A DNA stretch of 64,000 nt from positions 1-64,000 of the IMG/VR virus record IMGVR_UViG_3300008448_000053. One strand, 5' to 3'. This document shows, piece by piece, positions 63,539-64,000 of the stretch. The notes beneath the pieces were generated by a model. The model saw only the letters and a list, made by a program, of their open reading frames with translations, made no database searches and was not told the DNA's origin. Made by a program: the position numbers and the translations under genes. The first letter of the stretch is position 1, and each line of letters begins with the position of its first letter. Origin of the DNA: an uncultured virus (IMG/VR IMGVR_UViG_3300008448_000053). Lineage: Duplodnaviria; Heunggongvirae; Uroviricota; Caudoviricetes.

Positions 63539-64000
63539 TAAACATTTGTACAGTTTCAGATATAAATTATTTAATAAAGGGTTTAACATTATATGAATCC
63601 CTATTGAAATATTCAAAAAATTTTAAACTACATTATTTATGTATTGATGATCAAAGCTATGAAATTGCAAAAAAACATGAATCAGAAACATTAATTATTT
63701 ATAATGTCTCAGAACTTTTATCAAACGATGAGATATTACTAAAATTAAAAAATAGTAATTACAGATATTTCTGTTGGTCTTTAGCTTCATATTTTTCAAA
63801 TTTTTTAATTAATAAAAATATTGGCGACATAATGTACATTGATAGTGATATTTTATTACACGATGACGTTGATGTTATTTTAAATTCAATTGGAAATAAA
63901 GAAATTGGTATTTTCAGACATAGACAATTTCCATTAAATTATAGTAGAGATGAAGGTTTTTATAATGTCGGGATTGTTTTTTTTAAAAATGGAACAATAG
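63535..64000 (+). CDS. Glycosyltransferase (GT-A, GT8-like), 3' truncated by the window
   Basis: MINICTVSDINYLIKGLTLYESL...LCID...YIDSDI...YNVGIVFF; frame open to the window end and missing from the ORF track. Confidence 0.7.
   Translation, partial: MINICTVSDINYLIKGLTLYESLLKYSKNFKLHYLCIDDQSYEIAKKHESETLIIYNVSELLSNDEILLKLKNSNYRYFCWSLASYFSNFLINKNIGDIMYIDSDILLHDDVDVILNSIGNKEIGIFRHRQFPLNYSRDEGFYNVGIVFFKNGTI

Overview
This window is an AT-rich segment of a large tailed dsDNA phage genome (jumbo/huge-phage style, with a contractile-tail baseplate). It is almost entirely coding on the + strand and reads in the standard genetic code. The host is probably in Bacteroidota, judged from TAnnTTTG-type promoters, the absence of Shine-Dalgarno motifs, a Bacteroidota-like sigma-70 and an Hc1-like protein. 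Order: end of a class II ribonucleotide reductase; DUF5522; an unannotated structured RNA resembling 6S-Flavo with a terminator; a ~29 kb baseplate/tail module; RuvC-like resolvase; a small two-hairpin RNA; primase, PD-(D/E)XK nuclease and SbcD/SbcC; ClpP; sigma factor; a probable lysis/membrane cassette with a -1 frameshift; acidic head-internal-like proteins; Hc1, Dam-like MTase, NusG, AAA ATPase, thioredoxin and glutaredoxin; tail fibre/adhesin genes; a lipoprotein metalloprotease; and a glycosyltransferase cluster. The most notable signals are a candidate phage 6S-like RNA together with a phage sigma, NusG and a recurrent TATTTAT promoter (a possible transcription-takeover system), a 151-codon -1 frame extension behind an A10 run, a degenerate Hint domain in the giant baseplate protein, and several apparent pseudo-enzymes. 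All family calls come from motif recognition by eye, with no database searches.
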